DNA of 64,000 bases, taken from NCBI GenBank assembly GCA_934155005.1, contig CAKPGR010000001.1, positions 18,054 through 82,053 on the forward strand, in the 5' to 3' direction. Each line of letters starts with the position of its first letter. Positions within the stretch are counted from its first letter, which is position 1. The notes below the pieces were generated by a model, which did no database searches, was not told the DNA's origin, and saw nothing but the letters and a program-made list of their open reading frames with translations. This DNA is from an uncultured Bacilli bacterium (GTDB taxonomy: Bacteria; Bacillota_I; Bacilli_A; RF39; UBA660). The position numbers were made by a program, and so were the translations under genes. This document shows positions 60,254 to 64,000 of the stretch, one piece after another.

Positions 60254-60315
60254 AATTGAAATATTTCCCAAAATGTAGTATCCTGTTACTAGTATAGAAT
60301 AAAGGGGTGAGCAAT

Positions 60316-61995
60316 ATGGATGAAAATAAGGTGGTATTATTAAATATTGATGATATAATTCCAAATCGATTTCAACCTAGAATAAAATTTAATGATAAGG
60401 CTATAAATGAATTGGCTGAATCAATAAAACAACACGGGGTATTTCAACCGATTGTTGTAAGAAAAATAAGTGATAAATATGAAATAATAGCTGGTGAAAG
60501 AAGATATAAAGCTAGTATAATTGCTGGGAAATCTACTATTCCGGCTCTTATAACATCTCTTGATGACAAAAACAGTGCTGAGGTTGCTTTGTTAGAAAAT
60601 ATTCAAAGGCAAGATTTAACACCAATAGAAGAAGCCATTTCTTATAAAAAAATCTTAGATATGGGTTATATTAGTCAAGGTGAACTTGGTAAAAAATTAG
60701 GAAAAAATCAATCGACAGTAGCTAATAAATTACGTTTATTAAACCTAGATGATGAAGTTCAAGAGGCCTTAATGGAAAATAAAATATCTGAAAGACATGC
60801 CAGATCTCTATTAAGATTAGATAATAAGTCACAAATATTAATGTTAAATAGAATAATAAATGAACGTTTAACAGTAAGGAAAACAGACGAAGAAATAAAT
60901 AAAATGTTAAATGATCATAGTATAAATGAAAAAGGAGAAAACAAAATGAACGAAAATGAAATAAAAAATGAATTTAATATTCCAACTGCTCCAATAATTG
61001 AACCAGAACCAACTATTAATAATATTTCCCAACCAATAGTTCAATCAGCAGAAGAACCAGAAACTTTATTTGAAGAAATACCAACTGATAATATTTCTCA
61101 ATCTATAAATCCAGGCTTTATGGATGTAGATAAAATAAAAAATGAAGCACAAGATATTGTTACATCAGTAGAACCTGTAGCACCAGCCGAAATAGATAAA
61201 TTATTGAAACCAGATGAAAGTATTAAGTCAGTTCAACCAATGTCAGAACAAATTGAAGTGCCAACTCAAATGACAGAAGAGCAACAAGGTGGTAAATTCT
61301 TTAATATGTTTAATATGAATAATAACAAAGATTCTTCCTTTGTTTCAAATGTTGAAGAACAAAAAGTTAATATGGAATTTGGAGAACCAAAAGGTGAATC
61401 CCAAAATATTTTTGAAAATCCATTTCAAACTCAAATATCAAATAATACTGAACCAATTGAGTCTATAAATCAACCATCAATAGATAATAATGAACAAAAT
61501 GTAACATTTAATAATATTTCGGAGGAACCAACTGTTTTACCAGTTGAACCAATGAATTCGGTTGATAATTTAAATCAAACGCAATCATCTGTTAGTTCTT
61601 TTAATACTATGCCACAATTTGAAACACAACCAATTCAACCAGAAAATTTATTTGATTTTTCACAACCAGTACAACCTTTTACACTTGATGATGATGAAAA
61701 TTTTGGAAATCCACAATCAACTCAACCTTCAATAAATCCACAACCAGAAATTATTCAACCAGAAGTAACAAAATCTTATATGATGGATGATAATGTTTCG
61801 TTTGACGAGGATGGAGAAATTAAAGTAAATGTTGAAAAGAATAATGAAAGATATGTAACTGCTGATATGAAAACAGTTATAAATACTATAAGAGATTGTG
61901 CTGCAACAATAGAAAAATTCGGATATAAAATAGAAACAGATGAAATAGATTTAGCTGATAGTTATGAGGTTACATTTAAAATAGATAAAATATAG
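60316..61995 (+). CDS. noc: Noc-type ParB-family protein with a long internal disordered region
   Basis: ParB N-domain with GERRYKA. The HTH GKNQSTVANKLRLLNL...ISERHARSLL is almost identical in pattern to B. subtilis Noc (GKGQSTIANKLRLLKL...ITERHARALI). The C-terminal DMKTVINTIRDCAATIEKFGYKIETDEIDLADSYEVTFKI parallels the Noc C-terminus ([38 protein letters not shown]). About 300 aa of P/Q/N/E-rich sequence lie between them. Start at ATG 60316 after AAGGGGTG. Confidence 0.8.
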   Translation: MDENKVVLLNIDDIIPNRFQPRIKFNDKAINELAESIKQHGVFQPIVVRKISDKYEIIAGERRYKASIIAGKSTIPALITSLDDKNSAEVALLENIQRQDLTPIEEAISYKKILDMGYISQGELGKKLGKNQSTVANKLRLLNLDDEVQEALMENKISERHARSLLRLDNKSQILMLNRIINERLTVRKTDEEINKMLNDHSINEKGENKMNENEIKNEFNIPTAPIIEPEPTINNISQPIVQSAEEPETLFEEIPTDNISQSINPGFMDVDKIKNEAQDIVTSVEPVAPAEIDKLLKPDESIKSVQPMSEQIEVPTQMTEEQQGGKFFNMFNMNNNKDSSFVSNVEEQKVNMEFGEPKGESQNIFENPFQTQISNNTEPIESINQPSIDNNEQNVTFNNISEEPTVLPVEPMNSVDNLNQTQSSVSSFNTMPQFETQPIQPENLFDFSQPVQPFTLDDDENFGNPQSTQPSINPQPEIIQPEVTKSYMMDDNVSFDEDGEIKVNVEKNNERYVTADMKTVINTIRDCAATIEKFGYKIETDEIDLADSYEVTFKIDKI

Positions 61996-62053
61996 TTTTC
62001 TATATTTTTTTTATATATAAATGATATAATAACATGTAAGGAGCAATATATTT

Positions 62054-62590
62054 ATGAAGTATGAAGATATAGAAACACCAGAACAATTATATATTTATAT
62101 GAAGAATAATATTAAATATGGATTTGTGTCTAAAAAAGATAAAAAAAAGTATATAAGAAAAGAATTAAATAATGATGAATTATATGAAAAAGAATTAGTT
62201 CATCATTATTATTTACAAAGTCCAGAAGAATTACAAACAACAAAGTGTGGTCTTTGTTATGATCAAGTAGAATATGAAAGAAAATGGTTTTTAAGTCATA
62301 ATTATGAAGTTAAAACTTATTTTACATCGTATCATAATCATGTTTTTTTAATTTACAAAGAAGAAAATAATTATTGTTTTTTTGAAAGAACTTGTAAAGA
62401 AACTTCAGGTATTTATAAACGAAGAACATTAAAAGAAGTACTTAATTTGTATAAAGAACAACAAATAAAAATTAATCCTGAAATAACAAAAAATAATATT
62501 GTTTTATATGAATACAAAAGTATTAAATATGGTTCAAGTTTTGATGAAATAAAACAAATTCAAAATAAAATGAGAAAAACTGATATTTAA
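62054..62590 (+). CDS. hypothetical protein, possibly a transglutaminase-like / papain-fold domain
   Basis: 178 aa. The Cys...His...Glu spacing (KCGLCYDQVEYERKWF ... YHNHVFLIY...FFE) is reminiscent of transglutaminase-core proteins. This is weak pattern evidence only. A hairpin terminator follows at about 62579-62606. Confidence 0.3.
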   Translation: MKYEDIETPEQLYIYMKNNIKYGFVSKKDKKKYIRKELNNDELYEKELVHHYYLQSPEELQTTKCGLCYDQVEYERKWFLSHNYEVKTYFTSYHNHVFLIYKEENNYCFFERTCKETSGIYKRRTLKEVLNLYKEQQIKINPEITKNNIVLYEYKSIKYGSSFDEIKQIQNKMRKTDI

Positions 62591-62698
62591 CTATCAGTTT
62601 TTTAATTTAAATATTATACACCTTTATTAATATTTTAAAAATCAATATTATTATCATTTATAATTTCTGTTTTTAATTGTAAATCCATTGAATTTGTT

Positions 62699-63014
62699 TT
62701 ATTTCATAAATACCAAATTTTTAATATTTATATTTCTTCCATCAATAGTACCGAAATATTCATTAATACTTGGTATTATTCTATTTGATTCTAGTAGAGT
62801 AATTTCTTAAACTGTAGTTTCTAGAAGACTTACAAAAAATAGTACATTATATAAAACCTGAGCAGTTGTTCTAGGTTCTTCCTAAGAAACTTGTTTTCCT
62901 TTTTTTCTCTTTGTACCTAGTAGGTCCTTGAATACATCGATATTCAATATTTTTATTATATTCTTCTATTTTTTTAATAATTTTATCATAACTAGGATTA
63001 TAATTATTGTCCAT
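62699..63014 (-). pseudogene. possible decayed gene remnant (collagen-like G-X-Y segment?)
   Basis: A good RBS (AAAGGAG) and an ATG at 63014 open a 47-aa ORF (MDNNYNPSYDKIIKKIEEYNKNIEYRCIQGPTRYKEKKRKTSFLGRT*). After GPT, a +1 frame reads GTK-RKK-GKQ-VS*-EEP-RTT, which looks like a mutated Gly-X-Y repeat. Further short in-frame pieces follow down to 62699. Confidence 0.2.
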
Positions 63015-63592
63015 ATTTTTCTCCTTTCAACTTAATATTAAGTAAATTTAAATAATTAAATTATAAAAAGTCTTTTGTAAGTTAATTATATTTAATCTTT
63101 TAACAAAATATGCTATGTTGATAGAAAATTAAAAGTTTCTAAGCTTGTAAAAAAACTTAAAAGAGAAAATTTATGAAATTTAATATAAAAAAGAAAGATA
63201 TATTATTATATTAGAAAAAGAGTTATTTATGTTATACTATTATTGTAAGAATTATTTAAAATTGGAAATATTTTTAAATCATAGTATAAAATTTAACGTA
63301 ATTTTATAATGAAATAGATGATAATTAATTTGGTCGTAATACTTATTTATTCTTGTCTTATTACTTACTAAAATTAGATTATGATTAACTAATAGTGAAA
63401 ATTTAATAATAAGATAATTGATGAAATTAAGATAATATATGAATAGATAAAAATATTTTTATTAAGTAATTTTGTTACAGAAATCCGTATCTATTCATGT
63501 ATAAAAAAATGGAGTTAAAATTATAATGATAAAAATATGTTAGCTATAATTAAAAAGTTTTTTATAAATAGAAGTAGAAAGATGTGATTAGT

Positions 63593-64000
63593 TTGAAAAA
63601 AATGATAGTCTTAGATTTGGATGGGACTTTATTAAATTGTGAAAGAAAAGTCTCGGAAAAAAGTAAAAATTATTTAAAAAAATTAAAAGATATGGGATAT
63701 ATTATTGTAATAGCTACAGGAAGAATATATGAATCCATAAATTATGTAATTGATGGATTTGATTGTGTAAACTATGTAATAACTGATACGGGTGCATCTT
63801 GTTATGATACTAGTAATGGACATACTATTTTTAATAATCCAATAAAAATAGAAACAACTGAAAAATTTAAAAAATTATACAATGATAATTGTATGTTTAT
63901 TGATGTTTGCGATAAATATACAATATATAAATACTCAGATATAGATGAAGATTACTATTTTATAGATACCACAAAAGATTGGGATTACATTTTTAATAAT
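63593..64000 (+). CDS. Cof-type HAD-IIB family hydrolase; its C-terminus runs off the window edge
   Basis: (M)KKMIVLDLDGTLLN (HAD motif I) and IIVIATGR (motif II). It is open to the window end. Confidence 0.75.
   Translation, partial: MKKMIVLDLDGTLLNCERKVSEKSKNYLKKLKDMGYIIVIATGRIYESINYVIDGFDCVNYVITDTGASCYDTSNGHTIFNNPIKIETTEKFKKLYNDNCMFIDVCDKYTIYKYSDIDEDYYFIDTTKDWDYIFNN

Overview
This window is the chromosomal replication-origin region of a very AT-rich Bacillota (Firmicutes) genome, roughly 25% G+C by eye. It uses the standard genetic code: TGA is a stop in recF and dnaX. Sporulation-type genes are present (cwlD, spoVT-like, bofA-like, cotF-like, ricT). Gene order follows the Bacillus subtilis ori region closely. 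The left arm is on the minus strand: secA-hpf, rpsI-rplM-truA-ecfA pair, ftsH-tilS, rsmA-yabE-like-tatD-metG, and rsmG-mnmG-mnmE-jag-yidC-rnpA-rpmH. The right arm is on the plus strand: dnaA-dnaN-(comK-like)-recF-gyrB-gyrA, then SRP RNA-tadA-dnaX-ybaB-recR-bofA-holB-ricT-trmN6-rsmI-pth-mfd. The coding-strand switch and two DnaA-box clusters flanking dnaA place a bipartite oriC at about 38.7-40.5 kb. Several things go beyond the ORF track. (1) Three perfect consensus parS sites (TGTTTCACGTGAAACA) are phased about 118 bp apart right after gyrA. (2) A Noc-type ParB-family protein carries a roughly 300-aa disordered insert and lacks the N-terminal extension of B. subtilis Noc. (3) A perfect Noc-binding-site palindrome (ATTTCCCGGGAAAT) lies inside rsmI, a 13/14 copy lies just upstream of the noc-like gene, and a 12-mer variant recurs. 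(4) An orphan HerA/DUF87 ATPase sits next to the noc-like gene. (5) An agr-type quorum-sensing locus includes an unlisted 39-aa AgrD precursor, and an AbiEi-like gene heads the kinase/regulator operon. (6) An Abi_2 (AbiD/F-like) gene forms a two-gene cassette with an exported thioredoxin-like protein. (7) Two motif-degenerate EcfA-like ATPases have no EcfT. (8) A ComK-family gene sits between dnaN and recF. (9) A minimal SRP RNA, a Met T-box leader and rpmH are all absent from the ORF track. I saw no rRNA, tRNA, CRISPR array or intact mobile element. All homology calls come from reading the translated sequences and motifs, not from database searches.
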